NCBI GenBank assembly: GCA_951406725.2
Contig: OX597838.1
Coordinates: 7,006,001 to 7,070,000 of the forward strand
Direction: 5' to 3'
From: Octopus vulgaris
Taxonomy: Eukaryota
DNA length: 64,000 nucleotides
The translations under genes were made by a program, and so were the position numbers. The notes under the pieces were generated by a model, which had not been told where the DNA came from, did not search any database, and was given only the letters and a program-made list of their open reading frames with translations. Shown here piece after piece: positions 27,133-40,424 of the stretch (its first letter is position 1; the number at the start of each line of letters is the position of its first letter).

Positions 27133-27873
27133 CATGTGCGTGAATAAATTGTCGTATAAATTACGCAAAAGTGAAAATAATACTAACATCTCATTTTAAA
27201 AGTTATTTTTACCATAATTACATAAAAATATCTTCAACTACTAATGACTAAATTTATTCAGTAAACTCGCCGTTGGCTCCAACCACACGATTCAGATGAC
27301 TTCGGAATCTCCTGCAACTCTTCTGGGCGGTCTCTTTCTTTAAGTTGATGTACGCTGCCATAATCCTTGCCTTCCGTTCATCTTTGGTGTTACAAGGAGT
27401 TTTTTGGTCTGTCGCTCACCTGCGCCCTACACATAATAATCAAAGGTGTTGCAGTGTGTGGAGTTAAGTGTCGAGATGTTAGGAGAGATGTGGTCGCAGA
27501 AATTGTCTTACAAACATGACTAGGTACTCCAGCTTGTGTGACATGAGTCTTCCATACGGTCTTTCAGCAGCACGATCAGAGTGAGTTTACCGAAATTCAT
27601 AATCACCATTAGACTCATCCACTTCTTTCCGAATACTCTGCACCGTCCTCAGATTGACACACAAATACCCTGAAATCTTCGTATTGGAGATTGAGGGAAG
27701 AAAGCCAAGCAGTACAGCATGTCGTTTCCAATTCTCTGTCATGGTGCTGTTTTTGTCACAGACGATGCCTAACAGATCCCACTAAACTTTGTAGTCGACA
27801 ACACCAAAGACATGCAATGCACGTGCGGAAAATTAAAAGTATAGAATTGTGATACTTAACCTCTCACAATGTA
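27133..27873 (-). mobile_element. Decayed Tc1/mariner-superfamily transposon with internally deleted transposase
   Basis: Minus-strand frameshifted translation CHTS...DNFCDHISPNI..NS.HCNTFDYYV*GA.ER..KTPCNTKDERKARIMAAYINLKKETAQKSCRRFRSHLNRVVGANGEF matches the WPPNSPDLNPLDY..W and C-terminal helix of maT/Tc1-type transposases. Ends in TA; TIRs are eroded. Confidence 0.85.
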
Positions 27874-27892
27874 TATATATATATATATATAT

Positions 27893-28065
27893 GCTCCTCT
27901 GTGAGCCTTCTGTCCGGCATTCGCCATGATAGATCGGTAGTCACTACACACATTTTTTTTCTCCCCTTGTTTCTTTCTGTGGAAGAGCGTAGGCTCGAAA
28001 CGTAAACTAATTCATCTGTTTGTTTTCCACATCACCTGTCTTCGTCTTTCTTTTTTCTGAATTCT

Positions 28066-28068
<3 letters not shown>
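27893..28068 (+). mobile_element. Family H hammerhead-bearing element
   Basis: tcttt CTGTGGA A GAGC gtag GCTC GAAA CG TA at 27972-28004 with an internal deletion just downstream; (TA)n on both sides. Confidence 0.75.
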
Positions 28069-28155
<87 letters not shown>

Positions 28156-28354
28156 TAGAAGATAGATGGATAGATAGGTATATATATGTACAATTAAAAA
28201 AAACTCCACTAGAGTGGACGAAAGAGCTAATATATGATATGTGATTTATAAAAATATGTAACATACTAATAAATATCTGTAAACATAAAACCATCCAGAT
28301 TTCTGAGTACTTCATTTATTTTAATATATAATACATTTACATCATATCCAAACC

Positions 28355-28359
<5 letters not shown>

Positions 28360-28413
<54 letters not shown>

Positions 28414-28494
28414 GTATGTGTGTGTGCATTTGGGTTTGTTTACATATATATATACATGCGTACATATATAAACGTATATCTATCTATCTATCTA

Positions 28495-28553
<59 letters not shown>

Positions 28554-28620
28554 GTTACATATATATGCATATATAATATATGAATATATATTCCTGACTT
28601 ACATAGATAGATAGATAGAC

Positions 28621-28704
<84 letters not shown>

Positions 28705-28705
28705 G
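28360..28705. repeat. (TA)n and (GATA)n microsatellites
   Basis: Direct repeats. Confidence 0.96.
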
Positions 28706-29118
28706 CATGCTTACCTGTTTGTAAGCAATTGTTATATGCATATAAATATGTCTGTGATTACATATGCAAGGTTTCCTTTGCGAACGTTTGCACTAACAAT
28801 GCGTACGGACTGCTTACAAGAGCACTAAATTATTCTTGTGTGATTTTACTCTGTGTGTAGGCAGACGTACTCATAAACTGATCGTTGACTGGGTATATTC
28901 ACCCCCTAACAAACACACAGATACACATATACATACCTCAATAAATGCAAGAGTATAGCAGATGTGTATCTATATCTGTATCTGTATTTGTGCTCGTGTC
29001 AGTGCGTGAACTGCCGCACAAAACGTTGTCAGTCTGCTATTAACCTAATTTTCCCATTAGATTTTTTCTCTCTTTGTTATAATTTTTTTTCCCAATATTA
29101 CTGTTGTTTTCCATTTTC

Positions 29119-29169
<51 letters not shown>

Positions 29170-29495
29170 GCATCGCCAATATCATCATCAGCAGCAAGCA
29201 TAATCACATGCATCAACATTATCGATACCTTCTTCAGCTATTTCCAGGCGGCAGAATGCAGGTTGTGGTATTTCATTTAATATAATTAGCGATATACACG
29301 TTGCTGTAAAATTTGAAAAAAAAAAAAAAAAAAAAACCTAAAGAAAGAGAGAAATAAAAGTCAGAATGAGCAAACATCATTACTGAAAAATTTTCTCCTT
29401 GCTTCTTACTCTAGGCAGTTGTTCTTAAGAAACGATAGAAGCATACGAGTACATACATACATACACACAACCATAGGTATACAGATATATAGATG

Positions 29496-29549
<54 letters not shown>

Positions 29550-29657
29550 AATTTGTATATATATATATATATAAATGTGTGTATATATATATGTATATAT
29601 ATACGTATGTATGTATATATATATAAATATCTACACACATATATTTGTATGTATCTG

Positions 29658-29730
<73 letters not shown>

Positions 29731-29733
<3 letters not shown>

Positions 29734-29935
29734 ATTCACAAAACAAAACAAGAGAAAGATAAGTGTTGTAGATAACAGACAGATGTATTAGTTTAACGCT
29801 CGGAAAGCGAGAAAATCTTTAACGTTTCGAGCCTACGCTCTTCAACAGAAAGAAACAAGAAAAGAAAATAAAGAATGTGTAGTGGCTAGTGATCTACCAT
29901 GGCACATGTTGGACAGAGGGATCACACGGGAGAGC
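29731..29935 (-). mobile_element. Family H hammerhead-bearing element, most complete copy
   Basis: Aligns over its full length with 27893-28068, with the same 5' start gctc; the 3' end runs into (TC)n(TA)n. Confidence 0.8.
29816..29853 (-). ncRNA. Minimal type I hammerhead ribozyme motif, variant core CUGUUGA
   Basis: tcttt CTGTTGA A GAGC gtag GCTC GAAA CG TT aaaga: 5-bp stem I, 4-bp stem II, loopless palindromic stem III (ACGU). Confidence 0.65.
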
Positions 29936-30377
29936 ATTAGTACACTAATGCCATTGAGTACAAATATCTTGTTTTTAGAAGTTTTGAATAAAAATCATCC
30001 ACCAAACTTTAGTCACAATTTATGTTGCTAACACTAGTATAATGATAACTAAGTTATTTTACTAAATTATTCGCTATACTTAAAAATTAATTGAAAGAAA
30101 CATGGAGCATCTCAATAGAAATAGGGTGGAAGAATTTTCTCTTGCAGCCATGTGGTATCGATTCAACAATCTGAAGACGCGTTCACTTTGGAATGTTATT
30201 TTTATCGATAATCTCGGGCCAATGAAGCTGGATAACATGAATCCTGTGAGCAGTTCAAAGCGGATGTTATCTTGTTACACATATATATATTAGACTAAAG
30301 CCGACATTTTGTTTTAAACTATCACGGTTTGCTAACTCTCATAAGTATTTATACCTATCAGTTACATGTATTTCATC

Positions 30378-30804
30378 ATTTACTTGTTTCAGTCATTGGA
30401 CTGCGACCATACTGGGACAGACATCTTCTTGAAGCGTTAGAGCCGAAGAAATCGACTGCAGTACTTATTTTTATTTAAGCGTGATATATATTACCTCAGT
30501 TACTTTTGCCGAACCGCTACGTTACAGGGACGTAAACAAACCGGCACCGGTGGACAAGCGATGGCGGGGAACAAACCGAAACACAAAGATACACACGCAG
30601 ACAAACGTATATACAACTCTGAGCTCTATCTTCTATTATCTTCTTGCTTACCAACCACATGGCTCTGGGTTCAGTCTCACTGCGTGGCACCTTGGAAAAG
30701 TGTTTCGACTGAGTGGATTTGGCAGGCGGAAACTGAAAGAATCCTGTCGTATATATATATATATATATTATATATATATGTATGTATATATATATATATA
30801 TATA

Positions 30805-30898
<94 letters not shown>

Positions 30899-31075
30899 TA
30901 CACAAACACACATATACATGACGGATTTATTTCTGTTCACTTTCCGCGCGTATCTAATCCACTGAGAAGTCTTCGGCAGCCCCCGCACTACTGTGTAGGA
31001 CATCGTGCCCAAAGTGTCGCGCAGTGGAACCGAGCCCGGTACCATACGGCAGAAATCTTCCTTCTTACCGCACAC
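30378..31075 (-). mobile_element. SINE family A (minus) interrupted by a + strand family A 5' half (30643-30750) and (TA)n
   Basis: Tail at 30378-30615 and head at 30915-31075 on the minus strand; + strand head cttgcttaccaaccacatgg...gaaactgaaagaa. Confidence 0.8.
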
Positions 31076-31742
31076 CCTCACACGTATCGAGATATTTCTC
31101 CATCGAGGTCGTTGCAGCCTGTGAATTTATCATATGCGTCAATTTTTCTCTCCAGAATTCGACATTAAAAAAAAATGCCTGATGAATATATAATATCTTG
31201 TATTTTGGAGTTGTTCTTATAGAAATAATATAACGTATCTATATGGTTTTTCATATTAATTCTAGACTGTAACAACATCACCTCCAGCAATATAGATCTG
31301 CGCAGTCTCGCCTACGCAAATATACTTATATATTCCAATTAGTGTATATTTTTACAAGATCTATTAGATGTTGGAAACAAGATTGCAATTGTGGACTTCA
31401 TCGTTAAAGAAAAAAGTAATAATGGAATATTAAAAGCATTGATTTTTTTTCACTGACACACATATGGATACGTAGACAATCACAGACATATTGTTGTGTA
31501 TATATGTATATAGGTATAGACACATCGTCTTCAGAAACACTACTGCATGTAGAAAGAAACAAACAAACAAATAAATAAAGAGTAGGTTTAAATGTATATA
31601 AAGAATATGTGTGATGCAAGTTAAGAAAATGGCTTTCCGCCTTATTCGACGATGAATCTTCAGCTTGATTGATTAAGTAACCAGTATCATATACAGAGCA
31701 TATGAGTGATGAAAATTGCAAGCACACAAATACACACACACA

Positions 31743-31793
<51 letters not shown>

Positions 31794-31795
<2 letters not shown>

Positions 31796-31991
31796 TGTGT
31801 ACCGTTGGCGATTTTTTTCCCTCTGTCTTCCCTTCTCTGGATCTTTCCTTCTCCTATGTTTCCGACGAAGAGCTCCGCTCGAAACGTTGAACCCTCATTC
31901 TTTCCTTCTTTCCTGAGCAACCAATAATACTATATTTGTTCCACGTGCTCGCATTGTTGTGTTTTCTTTTTATTTTCTTGTTTGGATTAAC
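31794..31991 (+). mobile_element. Hammerhead-bearing element related to family H
   Basis: gttt CCGACGA A GAGC tcc GCTC GAAA CG TT gaac at 31858-31892; (TA)n on both sides. Confidence 0.75.
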
Positions 31992-32036
<45 letters not shown>

Positions 32037-32240
32037 GAATGAATATGGTACTTAACTTAAAGGGACCAGAATTTGGTATGGTATTATCCATACAAATCAA
32101 ATGGGATGAAAATAATCAAAATAAGCAATAAGGATATCCAATGAGTGTGTGTGTGTGTGTGTGTGAGAATGCATATGATGATGTAGATGCACACGTACAT
32201 ACACATTTACATATATATCGTGCATATGAGTACATATGCA

Positions 32241-32281
<41 letters not shown>

Positions 32282-32448
32282 CGTGTGTGTGTGTATGTAA
32301 TTATGTAGACATGTATTACGTGCGTCTGTCTGTCTGTATGCATGTATGTATCTCTGCTGTGCGTAGACTTCTGGGATTTATTTCACACACACACATGTAT
32401 ATATATATATATATATATATATATCTAATTCATGTATATATATATATA

Positions 32449-32503
<55 letters not shown>

Positions 32504-32974
32504 CATACACACATATTTATACATATATATAAATACACACACACATATCTATATATATATATGCATACTCACTCATGGAAACATAAAAATAAATAAATAT
32601 ATATATGCGTTTGTGTGTGTTCGCCTTTGACTTGGCGGCTACTGAATTTGTCAGATCTGCAAATGCACCAAAGAATCCTGCGAGTGCACTCGACCTCACT
32701 CATAACATAAAGTATTTTTAAATGTCGACTGGTTATTGAAAAACGTGGCAACTTTAATTTCTCGTGAAGTGCTTTGATGTTAAATCAGCTTTCATAGCGG
32801 ACGCAAACAGGTATGAAGATATTTCCACGTGCACACGGACGCCCCCCCCCTCTACACACACAGACACACAGACCCACTGGCATTCATTTAGGGAAATATG
32901 TACGTGTTTTTAATTATACAGGTACAGGTAGATATATATAGGGATATAAACATAGACAGCCAGATAGGCAGACA

Positions 32975-32993
32975 GATATATAGATAGATTGGC

Positions 32994-33041
<48 letters not shown>

Positions 33042-33051
33042 GCAGAGAGAC

Positions 33052-33129
<78 letters not shown>

Positions 33130-33167
33130 ATAGGTAGATAGATACTTACATACATACATACATAGAC

Positions 33168-33204
<37 letters not shown>

Positions 33205-33214
33205 AAGAGATATG

Positions 33215-33291
<77 letters not shown>
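32975..33291. repeat. (GATA)n/(GA)n/(TA)n microsatellites
   Basis: Direct repeats. Confidence 0.96.
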
Positions 33292-36217
33292 CCGATTGCA
33301 TATGAAATTCTGTACGTAATTATGTTTGGATGGACGGATGGTTATATGGATATTAATAGCTTATGGGAAATTCCCTTACAATTTGTTTCAGAGCAAATCA
33401 CTTTCAAAAACATCTGAATGGTCGACTCCAGTACACACCATTGTTGACACGGAGTGTGACAGCCCAAGTGGAACTGGTACAGCTTTAGAATTTATAGCTG
33501 AAATTTCTTCACATCTTTTCCCATCAAATGTCAATAACAGATGTCATAAAAAAATATATTTAATAATAAAATTGAAAATGGTGTCTTCTCAATAGCAATT
33601 TGTCTTAGTTACACATACAGCTAGCATCCTTCATTCACAGTAAGTCAAGTACACACACATACACACACTTGCACGCACACACACGTATGCACACATACAG
33701 GTATACAAATTAGTCTTTGATACCCGCCAGTGATCTCCCACTGGTCTTTAATTGCCATTTACATACTTTCCCGCAAATTTCGATTTGTGATACCAAGATC
33801 AGAAATTAATTCCTCACTCACTCTGTTACTGGTCTTCGTGTCTGCTGTCGTGTCAAATGTTATCATCTGTTTGGTTCTAGTGAGCTTCTTCACTGTGTCT
33901 TTCTTTTATCTTTTAGTTCAGACTTTGAACTGTGTCCAAGATTTTTTACTTCGTGTCTACTATCATACTCACTCACTCTATCGGTCTCTTGTGTCAAAAC
34001 TCTAAATTACTGGGAGATAAGCAAATCAGAATTGGTTGTCAAGCGATGGTGCGAGACATACCTAGGCGCCTTTCCGATATATATTGTAGAAGCGCAAAGT
34101 GGATTCCTTTACGTGACAGCAACTAGAAAATGAACCTGATCTCGTAGCTTGATCGCCTTTGGGGGTTTTTGAGAACGGAGCCTTCAGAATTATTAGTAAA
34201 GCGGTGTATTGCTGCAACTAACTTTCTAAATATATTGAGGAAACCTTTTACTTTTGGGGAAAAAATGCCTTAAAAACTACACAGGCAAGTTTTTGGAATT
34301 ACCTTTGTAATGTGTAGACGAACATTGCTCAGAATTGGCAATCTACTTCACTTAATATTTTAAAGGTGGAAACCGTTCCCATTAATCTTATTCACTTAAC
34401 ACAGATGGAATTTACTAGAATTGTAAGGCTAAGCAGAATTCGTAATGCCTTTTGACATTTTTGCAAGAAGAAATTACAGCTCTCCCAAAACTACAACGTC
34501 AGTTCCAGGAGAGACAGAACTTTCTATAGAAGTCATGAAATATCTGTGACTAGACTCAATGTGCTCTAATTAAACCTTAAGCTCACATTTATTACTACAC
34601 ACAGTATGTACAGAACGTAATGAGACGCATGCACAGCACAAAAAGGTTTAACACTAACCCTATTTACTGGGAAGACAAGTGTAAAACATTTGCTGAATTA
34701 AACAAACTCCAACAAGGGGCTTTCTTTATGTTAACCAATTTTCATTTTAGAAATATCCCCGAAGAGCAATTTAGGCTCCGTTTAACGGCATACTCTAAGC
34801 TTCAAGTATATCTGCGGAACTTTCTGAATGCCAACTTAAGCGGAAAAAAAAAGACAGCCACCCGAGATCGAGACATGGCTGACCTCACGCATTTCACATG
34901 AGGAATTCCGGAAGGAGATTCCTAAGACCATTGCTGAGACGCTTCCGAAAGGGAAAACCGTTAGAAAATCGATTTTAGCAGCGACTCTGCCAATTCCTAG
35001 GGATATCTAAGGAAGGAATTTTATTCCAAAATATCATCAGACTATTGATGGTTTAATTACAGCAGGTAAATAGCCCATTGTATGTATTATGGTGCATTGT
35101 TGTGATATTCAAAACGTTTTATTCCTATATAAAATATTTACTCTTCTTTATGTTATTGAGTACTTTAAAAAAATATTAGTGGAATCATTGCATACATATC
35201 AAATACACAGCTGAATATATGTGTGTCGGTGTGTCCGTGAAAGGGTGTGTGCGTGTTGGCGTGCGTTTATGTATATATGTATATACGTGTGTGTGTCTGT
35301 GTATGCGCGCACATGCTTTGTATACGTATATATCTAGTTGTGTCTGTACCCTTATATGCAGTTATTTATATAAGCTGATTATGGCAAGAAACTGAAGAGG
35401 GAAAATGAGATTACATAATGTTAATGCTGTTGGAGAATGCATATAAAAGGTAATAACAACACTGGATGTGACCTTGATATCTTAGTTGCCTCTTCATGAC
35501 TCCCTATGTGTTGTTATCTCTAACGTAACGGTATTTCTTCATTTGTCGCAGGAAAAACCAACATCTTTGCTGGAAACACACCAATGAAAATAAAACTAAG
35601 AGAATAACATAAAAGTCACCTAGGATGGTAGACCTATAACAACAACATCACTGATAATGAATTAATGAGATATTTTGATGCGGTGTTTTGGCAAGAATTC
35701 TTCGCGCTTTTTACACCAATCAAACCTTAACACATAACGTAATGATTCATTTGTGTCTAAATATAATTTCGTCCTGCTGTAACGATCGCTGTGGTTTCAA
35801 ACACAAAAGTTAACGAGTGAGTCTGATAAAAAACAGTAGGACTAAAAGGTCTTACAGGATTTCACATCTCTGTAGGCTCTTTTAAATTCTGGTTTATCTG
35901 ATTTAGAAACAGAATATCCACAGCAAATATGTATGTTTACTGACACAGAATAGATAATTCGTGTTTATTCTACATCAGGTATATTGCTAATTGTTTATCT
36001 TTCATTTGCTAAGAAGGTGTGCTGGGGTTGTGTAGTTTGCCGAATAGATTAGATTTATACCGTGCTAGACTACAGACAATTTGTATCAAGAGTTAAAGGT
36101 TCGTTTCTCGCATATGGCGTGGGAAACTATTGTTCCAATACTAAATCAGTGATCGTTCGCGATATTGTGGCAACGTACTTACGAAGCGAATTAGATTGTC
36201 GTTATTGCTGTTTGCTA

Positions 36218-36252
<35 letters not shown>

Positions 36253-36544
36253 GGTATACTATTATTGTTTTGGTGTTGTTGCAGTTTGGATGTTGTTTAA
36301 TATAGAGCACGGAGCGATGATCAACAGACCTAGCGTTGGCTAGCTAACCATTTTTTCCCTCTTAGATTCCAAAAAGAACTGTAACCATTTCTAAAAAAAA
36401 TATACCTTGAAAAGTATTTCGCTGCTAATGCAAGAATGCCGGACGATTTCCTACCTGGCCTATATTGAAACACATATACGAGGTTGTTTTTTTAATGTCA
36501 TTATTCACGATGCTTCTTCTCACTATTATTATTATTATTACTTT

Positions 36545-36662
36545 TTTTTTTCTTCTTTCAAATTTTCTTCCATTTCTTGCCGAGTGTCTTCCCGACTCCT
36601 AGGGCAAAGAAACTCATAGTGTATATTGGTAGGCCATTAAAGCAAACTCAGTAGTTCGTTCA
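36545..36662 (-). mobile_element. Possible 3' UTR fragment of an RLE-type LINE next to (TAA)n
   Basis: Minus strand ...gccctaggagtcgggaagacactcggcaagaaatgg..poly(A)..(TAA)n. Recognition only, with no coding support. Confidence 0.3.
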
Positions 36663-36777
36663 TTTTTTTTTTTTTTTTTTTAAAGTTAAATTAAAATACA
36701 TGAGCAGCAACAGTTCTCACATCGACAATGCTCTCCTCAATACGTGTGATGTACCAGTTAAGACAATCTTTTGCAAT

Positions 36778-36783
36778 ATTATT

Positions 36784-36826
<43 letters not shown>

Positions 36827-36850
36827 TTATCATTATTATTATTATTATTA

Positions 36851-36909
<59 letters not shown>

Positions 36910-36982
36910 GTTATTATTATATTATTATTATTAATATTGGTTGTTGTTGTTGTTGTTGTTATTATTATTATTATTATTATTG

Positions 36983-37031
<49 letters not shown>

Positions 37032-37050
37032 TATTATCATTATTATTGTT
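36778..37050. repeat. (ATT)n/(GTT)n microsatellite
   Basis: Direct repeats. Confidence 0.97.
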
Positions 37051-38241
37051 GCTGTTGTTGTTTTTATTGCGGTTATTGTCGCAGATGTGTTTCTAATGCT
37101 GATGATGATATGGTGTTTGTGGTGTTATTCATCACGGTGCTATTGGCATTCGCGTAGGTTGGAGGTGGTGGTGGTGCTGCTGCTGCTGGTGCTTGTGGTG
37201 CGGGTATGGGTTGTAGCGTTGGTAGTTTGTGGTTGTTTCCCTGATGATGATGGTGATGATGTTGACAATTTCGCTAAGTGAGTGGGGAAAAAAATAACGA
37301 GGCCAATAATGGATAATATCGATGATGACGTTCAATTTCAAGTCATGAACCCTCGCAGACACTTGCTGCATATAATGGCAGGTTTGGGAAAACAAGAACT
37401 TTCACCGAAAGGTATTATTGCTGTACGTAATGCCATTATTCTCCTGCTGTACACGATTTGCAACGAACAATCAAAAAGCAGAAATCCCCCAACAGAGATT
37501 AGCCGTGCCCATTTAGCGTTTTATTATGTTCTGTTATATATTTACAGCTTACCTCCAGTTTCTGTGTTATCTCGGCTGTTTGTTTTATTATCTGCTGTAG
37601 TTAACAGATGAGCTCTATCTAGACATAGGCCAATGCATTTACCACGACAGTGCGCCTGGCAATAAAACTGTTTTATTCAATTCCATTTCATTCTAAGCTG
37701 CTATTGTAATCGGGTTATACGTAAAAACCAATTGTCTCAGGAATATGACATTTAGGCTGTCTATAATCACACACCATTTTCCCAGATGATAGGATAAGCA
37801 TGTGCATTCGCTCCACAATTTTCAATATATTTCGGAGTGAAATAGAAAGGATAAACTTTGTATGGAAATCATCTGGAAATTGCCTGCTGCATTAAGTTGA
37901 AGATTTGCTGGGAAAAGTCATCTGTGATAGGCAGGCGTCAATCATGTCCTTGAGAAGATTTTAATACAAGAGACGAAATGAAATACAAACCCCGTGGAAT
38001 TTTATTTAATCTATAATGTTTCGTTCAAGAAGAACAAAAATAGATTCATGCTAGCAACCCTGAGATGAAAATGAGAATTGACATCACATGCTACACTACA
38101 AATTAATGAATATATCCTCACATGCAAACTATCAAACATTTTTAGGAACCGACAACACTATATACGATTCTAGACACAGATATGACTATATACATATGTG
38201 TGAGCTTTTAGATATATGCTTATATCTTATATACATACATA

Positions 38242-38454
38242 TACTCTTTTACTCTCTTTAACTTGTTTCAGTCATTTGACTGCGGCCATGCTGGAGCACC
38301 GCCTTTAGTCGAGCAAATCGACCCCTGAACTTATTCTTTGTAAGCCCAGTACTTATTCTATCGGCCTCTTTTGCCGAACCGCTAGGTGACGGGGACGTAA
38401 ACACACCATCATCGGTTGTCAGGCAATGCTAGGGGGACAATCACAGACACACAA

Positions 38455-38485
<31 letters not shown>

Positions 38486-38657
38486 CATATATACGACAGG
38501 CTTCTTTCAGTTTCCGTCTACCAAATCCACTCTCAAGGTATTGGTCGGCCCGGGGATATAGCAGAAGACACTTGCCCAAGATGCCACGCAGTGGGACTGA
38601 ACCCGGAACCATGTGGTTGGTTAGCAAGCTACTTACCACACAGCCACTCCTGCTCCT
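38242..38657 (-). mobile_element. SINE family A, full length
   Basis: Near-collinear reverse complement of 62117-62525; A box tggctgtgtgg, B box ggttcagtccc, (gagtaaaa)-type tail. Confidence 0.95.
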
Positions 38658-38702
38658 ATATATACAGAGAGAGAGAGAGAGAGAGTGAGAGAGAGAGATA
38701 CA

Positions 38703-38905
38703 TTCTTTTATTCTTTGGTTTCAGTTCTGTGAATACGACCATACGGCAGCACGGTCTTTAATTGGAGAACGTGACTGCAAGACTTACTCTTTGCAAGCCT
38801 AGTATTTATTCTAGCGGTCACTTTGGCTGAACTGGTAAGTTACGGGAAAGTAAACACACCAAATCGGCTGTTAGGTGATAGTGGTGGAGAAAAGAAGACA
38901 CACAA
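38703..38905 (-). mobile_element. SINE family A, diverged 3' half
   Basis: tttcagt...gaccatacggcagcac...tttgcaagcctagtatttattct...aagttacgggaaagtaaacacacca. Confidence 0.7.
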
Positions 38906-38945
38906 ATACATACACACATACATATATATATATATAAAAACATAG

Positions 38946-38994
<49 letters not shown>

Positions 38995-38999
38995 AATGA

Positions 39000-39230
39000 A
39001 CGGTAGTACAGAAAAAAAGCACAACAAACGGAAACCTTCAAAACACGACATGCGCTAAAAGAACGATGGCACTACAACGGCAAACAGAACAAAACAAGTA
39101 ACACGGATTATTCGCAACTAATTGCCTCTTCGGTTAGAGTCCGGAGTGTCTGCGTAGTTTCGCTCACTTATCTCCGATACTACTCGAAACCGTCTGAGCA
39201 GCTTTGATTTATCCATATGTCGTTTGGAGA
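39000..39230 (-). mobile_element. Probable Penelope-like fragment with a degenerate hammerhead-like motif
   Basis: Minus strand CCGAAGA G GCAA ttag TTGC GAAT (39110-39133) with an intact 4-bp stem II. Confidence 0.4.
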
Positions 39231-39506
39231 ATCACACACCGAAAATAGAACTGAAAACATACGCAAATATGTATATTTTTATACAACTGTTAAAAATCAC
39301 AGCGTGATTCAAGGGGCGGAAGTTCTCTGATGCAATTTATGAAACTAGTTTGTTAAGCGCCGTCAACAGAAAAATAGCACTCGACAAACTGCATGTCATT
39401 CTTTCCCTCATATCACAAGGAGTGGGTCCGTCCTACGAAACGTGACTTAAGGTCACATGGAGCTGAGTGAATATATTCTCCAATATATATATATATAGAT
39501 ATGTGT

Positions 39507-39705
39507 GTTAGGGCAGCGGACTCGCGGTCGCAGGATCGCGGTTTCGATTCTCAGACCGGGCGTTGAGTGTGTTTATTGAGCGAAAACACCTAAAAGCTCT
39601 ACGAGGCTCCGGCGGGGGTGGTGATCCCTGCTGTACTCTTTCACCACAATGGCGGTGCCCCAGCATGGCCACAGCTCAAGAGCTGAAACTGGAAAAACAA
39701 ACAAA
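39507..39705 (+). mobile_element. SINE with family C head and family A-like tail
   Basis: C head up to ctttcaccac, then ggcggtgccccagcatggccacagctcaagagctgaaac. Confidence 0.88.
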
Positions 39706-39712
39706 AACAAAC

Positions 39713-39744
<32 letters not shown>

Positions 39745-39771
39745 TTGTATTTTTGTACGTGTGTGTGCGTG

Positions 39772-40062
39772 TAGTCGGGCTCACAATCAGGAAGTAGTGA
39801 GCTTGATTCCCGGACCAGGCTGTGTTTTATGTTCTTGAGCAAGAAACTTCATTTCACCTTACTCCAGTTCACTCAGCTGTAGAAATAAGTTGCGACGCCA
39901 GTGGTTACAAGATTTATTGGTCTTTGACTTTCGCTCGGATAACATCGGAGGTATGGAGAGGGGAGCCTGGCATGCAGGTTGTCCATACAAAATTTGGCCG
40001 GATATGTGCGTGGGAGGGGAACTTTCTAGGTGTAATCCCATGGTCATTCATCATCAAAGGGA
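39772..40062 (+). mobile_element. SINE family D (Meta/CORE-type domain)
   Basis: gattcccggacc...tgttcttgagcaagaaacttcatttcac.ttactccagttcactcagctg. Confidence 0.7.
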
Positions 40063-40112
40063 TTGTATATATATATAATGTATTTATGTATGCATATATA
40101 TGTATGTAAGTA

Positions 40113-40341
40113 GGCGCAATGGCCCAGTGGTTAGGGCAGCGGACTTGAGGTCGGAGGATCGCGGTTTCGATTCCCAGACCGGGCGTTGTGTGTGTTTATT
40201 GAGCGAAAACACCTAAAAGCTCCACGAGGCTCCGGCAGGGGATGGTGGTGATCCCTGCTGTACTCTTTCACCACTCTAAAGGCGGTGCTCCAGCATGGCC
40301 GCAGTCAAATGACTGAAACAAGTACAAAAAAAAAAAAAAAA
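40113..40341 (+). mobile_element. SINE with family C head, family A tail and poly(A)
   Basis: A box tggcccagtgg, B box gtttcgattcc; after ctttcaccac it continues as aaaggcggtgctccagcatggccgcagtcaaatgactgaaacaagta, identical to 62463-62509. Confidence 0.93.
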
Positions 40342-40424
40342 TATATAATTCTCTTTTTGCTTTGGGTTGCAAGATTCTTTATGTGACTTCGTGTGTTGAA
40401 GCACTATTTTTTGTTCCTAGGGAC

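Noticed and set aside
31178-31200. Isolated CTGANGA hits (also 15388, 18522, 46656)
   Set aside because: No stem II followed by GAAA, so these are not hammerheads.
34860-35010. ETWLT motif suggesting a LINE apurinic endonuclease
   Set aside because: Single short motif with no flanking endonuclease motifs recognised.
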